Assembly: GCA_951406725.2 (NCBI GenBank) | Contig: OX597838.1 | Span: 23,250,001 to 23,314,000 of the forward strand | Length of the DNA stretch: 64,000 nt | Origin: Octopus vulgaris | Lineage: Eukaryota | Reading direction: 5' to 3' | Shown: in pieces, positions 47,911-62,562 of the stretch | Position numbering within the stretch: the first letter of the stretch is position 1 | Layout of the letters: every line of letters starts with the position of its first letter | Translations under genes and position numbers: made by a program | The notes under the pieces: model-generated | What the model was told of the DNA's origin: nothing | The model's input: the letters and a program-made list of their open reading frames with translations, nothing else | The model's database searches: none

Positions 47911-50900
47911 TACATTTCAGTCAGATCCAGTGCCGAGTTGCTGAAGCAGAAATATCGTTATAGCAAATATTCTGCTCAATACCACAGATTTGCTCATCGG
48001 TTGCTTGACCGTGACCACTTGAGCACGTCCCTTAGTACCCGACACTATGTGCATCCCTGATGATAAGCAGGAATAGTGAAGAAGCATCAAAGTCGTGTGT
48101 TGAGAGGCATTCTTTACAGTTTGAATAAATGTAAGAAAAGTGAAATTTGAAGGAAATATTAGTAATTTTTCATACTTTCTAGGGGCAAGCAAATAGGAAA
48201 TAACAGTTGCTGCCCAAGGGCGAAAATCATGTAACACACCGTTATGGTGACGGGGATAGTGGTAATGACGAAGGCAGTTAATGATAATGATGGTGGTGGT
48301 TATGATGATGATGGTGATTATGATTATGGTGGTGGTGGTGACAATGGTATTCATGGCAAGAAAGAAAAGAAAATAAGAAACAACAATAGAAAAATACTTT
48401 ATCTTTATTATTCAATCATAATAGATTTCTGCTTTTGTACCTTGGTTAAAACTGATACCCCTGGGTGGAGGTAAATAAGAGAAACAACAGGGTAAGATTG
48501 AAAAAAAGCTAAATAGGTAAGGGGGAGGGGATGAGTGTATGTGCTTGATATATATATACATATACACACACACACACACATATATATATGTATGTATGTA
48601 TATATATACACACACAGAAATTTACATGTAGATTGTATGTGTATGCACATATGCTCATATATACACAAATTATAGTTCATTTGTTTTACATAGTGGGATG
48701 GGCTGGACATACACACACATATATATATACACACACACACATACATTAATATATATATACATACACACATATATACATACATACACATATACATTAATAT
48801 ATATATATATATACACACACACATATACATTTATATATATATATATATACACATGCATTTTTATATATATACATACACATACTTATATACATACCTATAT
48901 ATATATATACACACATATACATACATACACACACACATTTATATACATATCTATGTATATACATATATATAGATAGATAAATATGCATGTATATAAATAT
49001 ATATATATATATAAGCATACATATAATATTTATACGAATATTTGTGAGTTTGATGTAGATGCATATATACATCTGTTATACATACATAGATATTTACACA
49101 AACTTCATGGAGGAAAAATTTTCTTTTTTTCATTAACAACTTCCCCCATCAAAACTGCAAATTTAATTTGTGGAGAGCAAAATGGCACAAATTATCCTCA
49201 TTGATGTTGTCATCATTAGTTACATATATATATTTTTAAAAATTTGTTTCTGCCTCCGAGTCACCATGCTTGGCCATATGTGGAGGGAGCAAAAGGAGTT
49301 TTCTTTTTGTTTTTGTTATTTTTAGATTATTTTACCAAATTGGTTGCATTCTACTGTTTTCAGGTTTTCCTGACTTTACAATCATCAGTCGTCTGTCCAA
49401 GCAATGAAAGTGCTGGTCATCTTGTTCTTACTTAGAAAGTGACCAATGATGCTTCTAGTGAGAGCCATGTAGGGAAGAGAGATAAGGAAGGAGAGGAAAA
49501 TAGAGAAGGAGACAGGGGGTGAGATGCAACTAATAGCATACAATGCAGTAAAGATAAGCAAGATAGTGAGAGAGAGGGAGGAAGAGAGAGAAAGTAAATT
49601 ATTAAACCCTTTTGAGAGACGCAGTGTTTTGTCTATTGAGATACATCTACTGAAAGAAGGTCTCTGATTAGCTATTACACTTCAAAACCAACCATTCACA
49701 ACATTTGTTCCATCGGGCTGATGGATTAGCCTCAAAGTCCTATCAGCTTGTATCACTTGGGTCGATCAATTGGCCTGGGCATTCCGAGAGGGTTAAAATA
49801 TAATCAAATATACTTCGACTCCTCTCCTGAATTGTGGGGCCCTTGGGCCTACATTAGGATATTAACGTTATTAATGGGTTCAAATTCTGGCACAAGGCCT
49901 GCAATTTCAGGAGTAGGGGATAAACTGATTATGTTGACAACCCACCCCAGCCTGTGCTTAATTGGTAGTTGTTTCATTGATCCCAGAAGGATGAAAGGAA
50001 AAGTTGACCTCAGTGGAATTTGAACTCAGAATGTGAAGATGGACAAACTACCACTAAGCATTTTGCCTGGTACGCTAACGATTCTGCCAGCTCACTGCCT
50101 TAGAATTATCATCTACTATGATAAAATTCTTGTGTTTTTCTCTGTCACAACATATGAATGAGAAAGGAAGGGGTGATAGGTGAATAAAGAAGGAAGGGGT
50201 GATAGCAAACTGGAAGTGGGAGCGTTTCAACTCTGCATGAGTATATGTGTGTGTATGTAAAAGGGAGGTATGTGAATGTGTGTGTGTGTGCAATGGAAGT
50301 GGGATGCTGAAAAGAAAAATCAAACAGCGTTTCAACTCTGTGTGAGTATATGTGTGTATGTGTACAAAGGAAGTATGTGAATGTTTGTATGTGTGAACCA
50401 GCATTCTTTCAGTAACAAACAATGGTTGATATTACATCTCAAAAAACAACCACAAGATAACACTGACAAGTGTATTAATTTGATTTACCATCCATATTTA
50501 TATATATAAAATACTACAATTAGCTGTTATTTTTGACAGCATGGGCCCAGCTAGTAATAATATATAATGGTTTCAGATTTTGCCATAAGGTTTTCAATTT
50601 AAAGGGAGGCGGATAGTCGATTACTTCAACCCATGCTCAACTTGTATCAACCCCAAAAGGATTTTAAAAAAAGGCAAAGTCATCCTCAGCAGCATTTGAA
50701 CTCAAAACTGTAAAGAGCCAGAAGAAATGCTATTGAGCATTTTGTCCAGTATGCTAACGATTCTTGCCAACTTGTCTTATTCATCAATAATAATAATAAT
50801 GGCGAGCTGGTAGATGCATGCCTACACCAGAGAAAATACTCGGTGGCATACCTTCCAACTCTTCATGTTCTGAATTCAAATGCTACCAATGGTCTTTCAT

Positions 50901-51894
50901 CCTTTTGGAGTCGACAAAATAAGTACGAGTCAAGTGCTGGAGTCAACTTTCCCCCTAAAACTTCTGGCCTTGTGCTAAATTTTGAAGCAGTTATCAACAT
51001 CATTATCATTATTATTACTATTACTATTAAGGCATTTCATTTGTTTTTATGTTCCGAGTTCAAATTCTGCCGAGGTCGACTTTGCCTATACACTCTGTGG
51101 AGTGGTTGGTGTTAGGAAAGACATCCAGCCATAGAGACCATGCCAGAACAGACACGGAACCTGGTGCAGACCCTGGCCTTACCAATTCCAGTCAAACTAT
51201 CCAACCCATGCCAGCATGGAAAACAGACATTAAATGATGATGATTATATATATATATATATTATACTTTATATATATATATATATAGCACTGTACATCCC
51301 TCCAATTACCCACATGCTTTACATCATCTTTGCTGCGGACTTACCCCTCTCATAACACACCTACTACTTCTGCTTCTCTCTCTGCCTTTCACCTTCCCAT
51401 CTACTTACTTATCCCCCATGCCCTCCATACCACTTCTCTTGTGTCCACCTACCTCTTAATTGAGGGTACTCTTTGACACACTATCATCATCATCATCCTT
51501 CTCCTCCTCCAGCTGAGGTAACTGATGTTTCCCTAAAGTAAAACACCTATTACTGTCCCTCTATCATATTTTTTTAGTCTCATAATCTGGCATAAAAAAA
51601 AAAAAGATAAGAAATGAGAAGAAATAGTCCGGGGAACAAGAGAAAAAGAATAAAAAGCTAATTATTCAACCATCTGCTTTGCAATAATAGAAATAATTTA
51701 TTTTAATCCAAATAATCAATTCTTTAAAAAAAAAAAGTGATAATGAGAAATTGTGGTGAGAAAAAAAAAGAAAAAGCTACAACAAGGCAAGAAATACACA
51801 AAAACAAAAGAAATCTCTGTGATATGATGAAACAGAATAACAACTATTTACAGGTTTTTCAGAAAAATAAGTGATTTAGAGATAGGGTCAACAA

Positions 51895-52282
51895 AGTAAG
51901 TACCCCTATTTAGGTGCAGAGATGGCCATGTATCACATTTTCTAGTAGAGATGACACTATTAAGTACCCTGTCTCCGATAAGAAGGTCCCAGTTAAGTAT
52001 CCTATTTCTGGTACGAATACCCCAAAAGAGTAACCTGTCTTGCAGAGATGAAACATTCGAGTACCTTGTTTCTGGTAGGAATACTCCAGAAAAGTACCTT
52101 ACTGTGTAGATATGGTACAGTTAAGTACTGAGTTTCTCGATGGAATATCTCAGAAAAGTAGCCTGTTTGGTAGAAATTACCCCGTTTCTGGTAGGAATGG
52201 TCCAGTAAAGAACCCTCTCCGAAATAAATGCATCAATTAAGTACTCTGTCTCTGATAGAAGTGACCAGGTCAAGTAACCCCA
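51895..52282. repeat. Degenerate minisatellite, about 33-bp unit
   Basis: Recurrent aagtaccctgtytctggtagraat motif. Confidence 0.6.
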
Positions 52283-52673
52283 TCCTCTCTCTCTCTGGAA
52301 GATGAGTAAAGAAGCATATTTCATTCCTCAACTCCAAGCCCACTGCCACATGCTGTTATATCTGACCACCAACACTAATCTAATCTTAAGAAGTCCCATT
52401 TAATGGCAATATGAAGTAGATAGCAGAAGAAAAGGGAGTGGGGGGGGGGGAGAACAGTTTGTTCTTTTTCTTTTTTTTCTTACATTCTTGCTATCAAAAC
52501 GTTGAAGAATTTAAAAGAAAGAACACGACAAAATACTACATGTAAGTTCCATACACACAAACACGTAGCAACAATTTAGCAAAAAGCATTGAGACGATAG
52601 AAGGCTCAACTTTGCCTCTCTTTTTCTTGCTACTCACACATGATTATACACACACAGAAACAATTTCATATAT

Positions 52674-52704
<31 letters not shown>

Positions 52705-52710
52705 CATACG

Positions 52711-52752
<42 letters not shown>

Positions 52753-53276
52753 TATTCATACATACATATATACATACATAAACATATACATACATACATA
52801 TAATTCTTTCAGGCTTCTTTCAGTTTCCGTTTCCCAAATCCACTCACAAGGCTTTCGTCGGCCCGAGGCTATAGTAGAAGACACTTGCCCAAGGTGCCAC
52901 GCAGTGGGACTGAACCCGGAACCATGTGGTTGGTAAGCAAGCTACTTACCACACAGCCACTCCTACGCCTTTTTCAGTTTTTATTCACCTTTTGTCTTCT
53001 CATTGCACTTTTTGTATCAAACCTTTCGTTTTATTTTTCCCATGGACCAGCATCTTGGTTTTCAAACAAAACTAATTATGTGCACTGAACCAGAAAAAAA
53101 TTGCTAGGAGACACAAAACACATCATATAAATCTGCCAAATTATTGTCGTCTCCGTGGCATGAAATTATCAGTAGCTCTTTATCTAAATACTCATCATCC
53201 CTCTCTGTTAGGAGACACAGAGTACAGTTTTGTTGGTGATTCTACCTATAGTGGAACAATAAACTAAACATACATG

Positions 53277-53320
<44 letters not shown>

Positions 53321-53506
53321 CATATATACACAGACACGACTGTTCGAATTTTCGCTTCGTTCCGTCTTCTTATCCTCCCAGTATTGTTTTATTATATATA
53401 CACACACAAACTATATATATACACACACACACGACTATATATATATATATACACACACTCAAATTATATATATATGTAATATATGTATATGCACACACAT
53501 GACTAC

Positions 53507-53550
<44 letters not shown>

Positions 53551-54103
53551 CATGTATGTATATATGTATGCATGCGTATGAATATACATGTATGTATGTA
53601 TATGAATATACACATTGTATACACACACGACTGTGTGTGTGTGTGTGTTTGTGTACTCAGTACAAACTTATGAAGTTCAAATGGAAAGCAGTCCAAGCCC
53701 CACTGGTGAAGTGTGTGGTGTGTGTGTGTGTGTATGAGTGTGTGTGTGTGTGAGTGAGAGAAAGAGAGAGAGTACAAACCATACACCAATTGCATATGAG
53801 TGACAGAATCTGTGGTAAAAAAAAAAGAAAAAGAAAAAAAGAAACAGCAGAAAGAAGTTTCAACAGCTCTTTGTGGTAGGAACAAGACGGTGGTGGTGGT
53901 GGTGGTGGTGGTTGGTCCTGACAATTTGGACTGGCTACTTGGTAAGTCTTTAGTCACATAGCAGCTTAGCGCAACTGGTTGCACTATCAGTTCAAGTGGT
54001 TGCATGTATCTAGCAGCGAGTTGTGCTAGCTTGAAGCGAATTGTGATCGAGTGATTGGGATTCGCGAGTGGTGGTCGCGGTAGGGGTGGTGACCAACTGT
54101 TCC

Positions 54104-54518
54104 ATGGTTTGGCGAGGTGCCTTGCCCTTGTAGTGGAGTGTGACGTCTGCGGTTGTAGTGCAGTGTAATGTAATATGTAACAGCAATGACATATGTATTA
54201 TTAGAGCGGCTGTGATTACGATGGAGCGATTTTGTGATGTAGTGGCTATAATGCAGTTCTGAGTTAATTGAAAACAAAAGAAAAAAAACCCAGAAAAACT
54301 CCAGACTGCTGAAATGGTTTGGCGAGGTGCCTTGCCCTTGTAGTGGAGTGTGATGTCTGCGGTGTAGTGCAGTGTAATGTAATATGTAACAGCAATGACA
54401 TATGTATTATTAGAGTGGCTGTGATTACGATGGAACGATTTTGTGATGTAGTGGCTATAATGCAGTTCTGAGTAAATTGAAAAAAAAACCCAGAAAAACT
54501 CCACTGACTGCTGAAATG
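54104..54518. repeat. Tandem duplication with about 210-bp period in the probable USP48 3'UTR
   Basis: atggtttggcgaggtgccttgccc... begins at both 54104 and 54314. Confidence 0.9.
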
Positions 54519-54745
54519 GATTCTATGTAATGCCACAAGGTCCCGTGGCAGGGGAGAATGGGGGTTAGTGAGATATGTCACAATGGAGAGTGGTGGTAGT
54601 GCCAGAAGAAGGGGCGGAGCGGGGCAGTGAAAGGAATTGTGATATATCCATCATCGCCTTGGGAGTCTCCAAAGTTGTTTATACAATGATAGAATCGAAT
54701 TGTGGGGAAAGCAGGAGAATTAACCAATAACAGCAGCAGCAAGAG

Positions 54746-54798
54746 CTATCCACTCAACAAGCCAGTTCCTTTGAAACCTTCTTCTCCGTAATTTGAGG
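54746..54798 (-). CDS. USP48: USP48 last coding exon
   Basis: tttcag|CC TCA...GGA TAG; [17 protein letters not shown]. Confidence 0.92.
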
Positions 54799-57700
54799 CT
54801 GAAATGAAGAAATTAGAGGTCAGTGATATCAACATAGTATGCACCATATTACGTCAGCAGGTATCATACATGATATTATTATTATCATACAGCAAACCAT
54901 AACACCTTAAGAGAGTATTTTTTTACTACAGCCATGGGTCAACCAAAGCCTGGTAAGTATATACAATATTTCACAGAAGTATGTACACCCCTAAAAAAAT
55001 TTCAGCAAAGTTGCTATTACTCTGATAATACCTATATAAATCAAACTTTAAACTGAATAAAATATATTACACATGTAAATGTTATACAAATTTGGAACAC
55101 AAAACAATAAACATTTTCAAAAAATTCAAATATTACTGATAATTTCATTTCTAATAAATTATATCTTCTGGCATTTTTGCACCGGTCATTGTTATTGCAT
55201 CTGCAGGAATTTTGATTTGTATATCGTGGTGAAAATCTTCTTCATTGTAATTAAAATGGCACAAAAAAGAAAAGAATTGTCTGAAGATTTGGAACTAAAT
55301 AGCAACACCCCAAAACCAACACACACAGACACGAACTAAATAAGACAATAAAACTTACTTGTTAAGATTTCTTCAACAACCATGGGGTCTTCAGAAGGTT
55401 CATCAGCCTAGGAACAACAACAAAGGGTTAAAGTAGAACAAAGGAGGATAATGGGTGGCTTAAGTGGTTAGTGCAACAGACAACAAATGGAGGAGTCGAT
55501 GGTTCAAATAGTTTTATTGCATTTAGACCAGGGTTTATTTTCTTTTATTCTTCTACTTGTTTATCATTTGACTGCAGCCATGCTGGAGCACTGCCTTCAA
55601 AGTTCTTTTTAGTCAAAGAAACCACCCCCAGCACTTATACTTTCTAAATCTAGTATTTATTCTATCGGTCTCTTTTTGCAGAACTGCTAAGTTACGGGGA
55701 CGTAAATACACCAATATTGCCTATCAAATGACGGGCTTCTTTCAGTTTCTATCAACCAAATCCATTTACAAAGCTTTGTTCAGCATGAGGCTGCAGTAGA
55801 AGACACTTGCCTAAGGTGTCATGCAGGGGGGCTGAACCTGGAACCATGTGGTTGGGAAGCAAGCTTCTTACCACACAGCCACAGACAAGAGTTTACAAGC
55901 ATTATTTTCTTTTTTTCTTTTTTTTACTTGTAGCCCACTTTAGAGTCATATTTCTCATACAAGAAATGCGTTAGGATTGAAAAGTGGATAAAACACCATA
56001 TTTAATAAAAATTAAAGGAGTGTCTGAGGGAATATGAAATAACGTGATAGAGCATAAAATATGGTTTTTCTGTTGTACAGTTCACTGTTGTAGGGAATTA
56101 GTAATAATGGTACACTCTTCCTACATGACGAGTGGAATGAGAGAGTCACTATAAGTAACATGACGTTGGCCAGTATGAAGTGAGTACAGGTCAATTGTGT
56201 TAATAGTCGTGTCTGTGCTGATATAGTAATTATACTGTGATACTGAGTTATAACGATCCAATCTTTTGAGAATAACACTGTACGACTGGTGGGGGGGGGG
56301 TCGTACAGTGCCAGATAGAAACATCCTATCAACAACTTTGGAATATAACAATATCTGTCAGAGCGACAACCACTGTACAAAGACAGATACAACATTGGCA
56401 ACAGACCGCTTTATAACATTCACAAAGCCAGGAATTTTTCAGCACCCATCCTCGTATATGAACAGTGAATGAGGCTTTCATTTTCTCTCCATTGAAAGAA
56501 TTTCTGTGTGAATGAGTGGTTTTTTTTTTTGGTTTTTTTTTAATTTGAAAATTTTTTTACAATGTAGTGTTGGCTCAAAATGGCAATATTTACAAAAACG
56601 AATTGCTCTAATAGGAGTGTTCCTAGAGGCTGAAAATAGTAACTTCTACATCGTTTGTGTAAATGAGGTCCACTGAAATACATTATTAACCCTTTTGTTA
56701 CCGTATTTATGTTGAGATGTTCTGGGTTTCTTTCAATTAATTTTAAATATAACAAAGAATTTAGTAAAATAGCTTAGTTATCATTAAGCTAGTGTTAGGA
56801 ACGTAAATTGTGACTAAGGTTTGCTGGAAGGTTTTTATTCAAAACTTATGAAAACAAAACATTTGTACTACAGAGCCAGAGGCGGTTTCAGCCAGGTTGG
56901 TAATGAAAGGGTTAATACAGCTGTCACAAATGCCATTAGAAACTACTAACCTTGAGAAATATTAAACAACCAGGTGATATCCTTAGTTGACCTAGGGTGG
57001 CTGTCTCGTCCAGTAGACAGGTCCCATTGAAATGAAGGTTCTGATCAAACGGAGGCACAGAAAACAGTTTCATGATCTGAGAATGGTAAATATATACATA
57101 CATAGATATAGAGACGTATATATACACATATAGACATACACAAATATAAATATTTAAATACATATACAAGTAGACCTATGTAGGTACATATACAGGGTGG
57201 CCAAAAGTCGCCTGACAGTAAATCAAAAACCATTTAATTCCAAGATTAAAACATAAAAATTATTTCATGAGACTTTGCTAATAAATAGATAAAAGTTTTT
57301 AAAAAAACGGTGATTTTAACTCACAGCATTCAATTATTAAACATTCAGTAGAATAGAAATCAAAGGGAATCCATAGACAAAAAATGAATGGCTGAGAATC
57401 ACTGATCTAATATAAGTATAAGTATAGGTGTGGCTGTGTGTGTGTGTGAGAGAGGGAGAGAGAGCAAGGGGAAAGAGTAAAGGGAGGGAGAGTGCAAGGG
57501 GGAGAGAGAGGAGAGGGGAAGGAGTGAAAGTAAGGGGGAAAAGGGAGAGCCAGGGGAAGGAGAGAGTGAGGGGGAAGGGGGAGAGAGCATGAGGGAGGAG
57601 AGCGAGAGAGAGGAAAGGAGAGACGGAGTGAGTGAGGAGGGAGAGGAAAAAAGGGAAAGTGAGAGGGAAAAAGAAAGGAGAGAGGAAAAGAGAAGGTGAG

Positions 57701-58750
57701 GAAAAGAGCAAGGAGGGAGGGGGAAAGGGAAAGGGAGAAGGAAAAAGAAAGGAGAGGGAAGAAGAGAGAAAAAAGGAAGAGAGAGAGAGATAAAAGAGTA
57801 CAGAGACATTTACCTGAAGCTTCAAGTCTCTCAGTGTGTCCGTGGACGAGACGACCACCTCTTTCTCACCCCGCATTCTGCGATGACGATGGCTCCGTCG
57901 GACAGAATTATCCACCGATGCCGTAACCTTGGCACCATCTCCAGCCGGCAATGATGATGATAATGATAAAGAAGCTGATGAAGACAAAGACGATGATAAT
58001 GATGATGACGATGATGATAACGAAGCATCTGGTACTGATGTACTACTAGTGGTAGTAGTAGAACTAGTAGTAGTAGTAATCACTGTTGCTGCCGTAGCAG
58101 TAGTAGTATTAGTGGTACTTGTGTTAGCAGTAGTATTTGTTGTTGTTGTGGTGGTAGTAGTGGTGGTGGTGCCCATACTGTTAACAATGTTATTCGTGGT
58201 GGTAGCTGAAGTGTTGCTTGCAGTAGAATTAGTGATGATGGCGGTGTTGGTGCTTGTGGTGGTCACATCTGTTGATGGGGCAACTTTGAGACGTTTACCT
58301 CCAGCCTGAGAAAATACAAAAAGAGAAAACATATAAAGAAGTTTGCTTCTCAACCGCATGGTTCTGGGTTCAGCCCCACTGTGTGGCACCTTCGGTGAGG
58401 GTGTGCTGAAAAGTTTGGGCGAAAGAGAATACAGGAGGATCAGTTAATTATGATTTTATTCAACATATTCCCCTCTCAGATTCACATACTTATTGCAGCA
58501 GTCCTTCAGTTTTTCTTAGCTCTGTAAAAGTACTCGGAATGTTGGACCTCCAACCAAGCCTTTCTGGAGACCCTTAAAGACAGAATTTTTCAACAGCTGC
58601 ATGTTATGATGGATCTATATATATATAGACTTATATATATATGTGTGTGATCTATCTATATATATATATATATATATAGACTTATATATATATGTGTATA
58701 TATATGTGTATATATATATATATATATAGACTTATATATATATGTGTATA

Positions 58751-58796
<46 letters not shown>

Positions 58797-61122
58797 TTCT
58801 TGTATATGTGTACCTTGTTTAATATTTATATTTGCATTTTATATCTTCATAATTGTACTTTATAATCTCTGACGAGGCCTTGAGATATATATATATAAGT
58901 AACTGACTTTTAACTGCATATTACCTCAATACATCTGACTAACATGGGCATAATGAGATACCCTTATCTACAGGCTGAAACAGCTGTAAGATCCATTTTA
59001 TATGTATCATTTTTATGGTATTATCTTACTTATTGATGTATATTGTTTTATTCTGTCTTATTCTGTTGGATTTGGATGTTCCTATTTAATTAATTAGTTG
59101 ATAAATTATATGAATTGGTATTATCTGGAAGTTGATGATTGAAAGGAATCTATTCCTCCATTTTCTTATTTTATATATATATATATATATATTTCACCAT
59201 GATCACTGTGACCGACCAGGCTATCAGATGTTGCTACACATTGCTGGTCACAATGCAAAGTGCATTGTTTTAGCCTTCAAATGATGCCACCCCACTGGCT
59301 AAGCAAGCAGGCCAACAGAAGAAAGAGTGAGAGAAAGCTGTGGTTTTTGCTCAATAAACAGCAGGTGAAATATCACACCTTACATACTGTAGCACCGTGG
59401 TTCCTTTTTTTTCTTTTATATTTTACATATTGGATGTGGAGTGGTTGTCATTAGGAAGGGTATCCAGCTGTAGAAACTCTGCCAAACCAAGATTGGTGCC
59501 TGGTGCAGCCATCTGGTTCGCCAGCCCTCAGTCAAAATCGTCCAACCCATGCTAGCATGGAAAGCAGACGTTAAACGATGATGATGATGATGATATAGGT
59601 CAGAGAGGGACAAGTTTACCTGAAAGTCAAGGTCCTTTGGATCGGAATCATCAACAGATCTTGCTGCTAGTGCTGCTGCCACTGTTGGTGTGGCATTGGG
59701 AGTGGTGGTCGTACAGAGGTTGGTGTAACCCATGGTGGTTTTCAGCTGTTGCCAGTCCTTCAACACCTTCCGGACGTAGATCTTGGCCCCAGTGTACTCA
59801 AAGCGTTGCTGTTCTTCCTGCTGTAGTCGGGACAGGAAACAGTCCTGACACACCGCTGAAATGAGACAGACGAGAGATAGAGAGAGAAAGAGAGAGACTG
59901 AGCAAGAGAGGGAGAGAAAGAGGGAAAGAAAGACAGAAAAAACAGTGAATGATTGAGTGAGAGTAAGAGCAATGAGGAAAGATAGTGTGAGAAACAGTGA
60001 CTGAATGAGAGAGAGAGAGAGAATGAGTGAATGAGAGAGAAGTGAGAAAAGATAGTTCAACAGTAAGAGAGAGGGGGGGGGGGAAGAATCAAGTCTCTTA
60101 ACTATAAGCACCAACAACACTGTGATACCAGAATGAATTCACTGAGCTAAAGAAGAGTGAGAGAGAGTAAAAGAGACAGATACATGAATAATAGAGAGTA
60201 AGAGACATAGATATACAGATAATAGAGAGAGAGATAATGAAGGCGGCGAGCTGGCAGAAACGTTAGTGCGCCAGGCGAAATGCGTAGCTGTATTTCGTCT
60301 GCCGATACGTTCTGAGTTCAAATTCCGCCGAGGTTGACTTTGCCTTTCATCCTTTCGGGGTCGATAAATTAAGTACCAGTTACGCACTGGGGTCAATGTA
60401 ATCGAGTTAATCCGTTTGTCTGTCCTTGTTTGTCCCCTCTGTGTGTAGCCCCTTGTGGGCAGTAAAGAAACAGGTGAGAGAGAGAGAGAGAGAGAGACCA
60501 TAGATACATAAATAAGAGAGAGAGAGACCGTTGATACATAAATAAGAGAGAGACAGATGCATAAATAAGAGAGTCAGAGACATAGATACATAAATCAGAG
60601 AAAGAAAGAAAGAGAGAAGGTGAGAGAAAGAAAGAGAGAGGGAGAGAGAGAGAGAGAAAGTGTGTGAGAGAGAGAGAGAGAGAGAAATCAGAGAGGGAAA
60701 AAGACTTACCAGGTTTACAGACAAAGACAGGCTGTCCATCATCAGGCTGAACTGGTTCCTTATGGACAGTAATCTCTATATCAACTGTACAGCTGGCCTC
60801 AATGAATGTCCACTCCTCTGGCCACAGGTAGGTGATACTGAACAATGACAACACAAAACACACATATTAAACAATTATTTCATCTCTCTCCCCACTGCAT
60901 ATTATTTATTATTAACCCCAATAAAAGACAACATACTGAAGTTTAACCCTTTAAATAGGTGCAGGAGTGGCTGTGTGGTAAGTAGCTTGCTACTCAACCA
61001 CATGGTTCCGGGTTCAGTCCCACTGTGTGGCATCTTGGGCAAGTGTCTTCTGCTATAGCCTCCGGTCGACCAAAGCCTTGTGAGTGGATTTGGTAGATGG
61101 AAACTGAAAGAAGCCTGTCGTA

Positions 61123-61173
<51 letters not shown>

Positions 61174-62509
61174 TTGTATGTGTTTGTGTGTCTGTGTTTA
61201 TCCCCCTAGCATTGCTTGACAACCGATGCTGGTGTGTTTACGTCCCCGTCACTTAGCGGTTTGGCAAAAGAAACCGATAGAATAAGTACTGGGCTTACAA
61301 AGAATAAGTCCCGGGATCGATTTGCTCAACTAAAAGGCGGTGCTCCAGCATGGCCACAGTCAAATGACTGAAACAAGTAAAAGAGTAAAAGAGTAAAGAG
61401 TAATATCTAAACGGGCCATGTATAGCCCAAATACTCGTGTTATGTTCAAACCAGCCAGGTCTGGCCTTTCATACTGACCCTACAATGTTGTTCTAAAAAT
61501 TATACAATCACATCATCAAAGTGAATAAATAAGCATTACATTTGACAGAGTAACCTGAGTGCTAAAGGGTTTAACTAGCCAGACCTGGCCTCTCACACCT
61601 ACCCTACAATGCCATTCTAAAAAGCAAAATCACATCATCAAAATCTCCAAGCTACAAGATAATGCATGATTAATTCAAAACAACGTGAATAAATAAATAA
61701 GCATTGCATTTGAGAAGGTAATCTGAATGCTGAAGGGTTTAATCAACCAGATCTGGCCTTTCACACTTACCCTACATTGTCATTCTAAAAATAAACATTA
61801 ACATCGTCAAAATCTCAAAGCTACGAAATAATGCAGGATTAATTCGTAACAATGTGAATATATAAAGCACTGCATTTGAGAGAATAATCTGAATACTGAA
61901 GGGTTCAAATCAAAGAAGTTTGAGATTTCTGCGAATGTCACAACTATAGGGTCCTCAAACTAAATAATGATTTTTTAACGTAAGTACAGGGTTAGAAATA
62001 GGGGTGAGATGATGGTGTTGGTGTCGGTAGTGGTCGCAGCAGTTGATGGGATAACTTTGAGATGTTTACCTCCAGCCTGTAAAATGCAGTAAAATTATAG
62101 AAATTATGGGGACAGCTGACACCTGAAACAGCTGTAAAGGAGTGTGGTGGCAGTGGTGGTGGAGTAGAAAGGTTTAGAGTGCTGGCAAGGAGGAAAGGAA
62201 AAGAGAAAGGTTAAAGAGATGGTGGACAGGTATTATAATGGAGTCGGGAAGGAGGGGGCAGTAAAGAAAAGGAGACACAGAAAGTAGTGGGGGGGGGGGA
62301 GAAAGTACAAGATATAATTGATTTGTTTCACAATGTGGCATACGTTGATTATATGAATTACATAACATCTTAATTTCTTTAAAAAAAAATTTATTCTATT
62401 TGTGGATAAAACATATGAGAAAGAAGATAAGAGCATACATTAAGACACACACACAGAGGAACAGACATAGGGACATAAATACACACACACACACACACAT
62501 ATATAAATA

Positions 62510-62562
<53 letters not shown>

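Noticed and set aside
57929-58309. Antisense 126-aa Asp/Val-rich ORF
   Set aside because: Shadow of the USP48 Ser/Thr trinucleotide exon.
62110-62140. GAAACAGCTGTA hammerhead 3' half
   Set aside because: No correctly placed CUGANGA box or stem II upstream.
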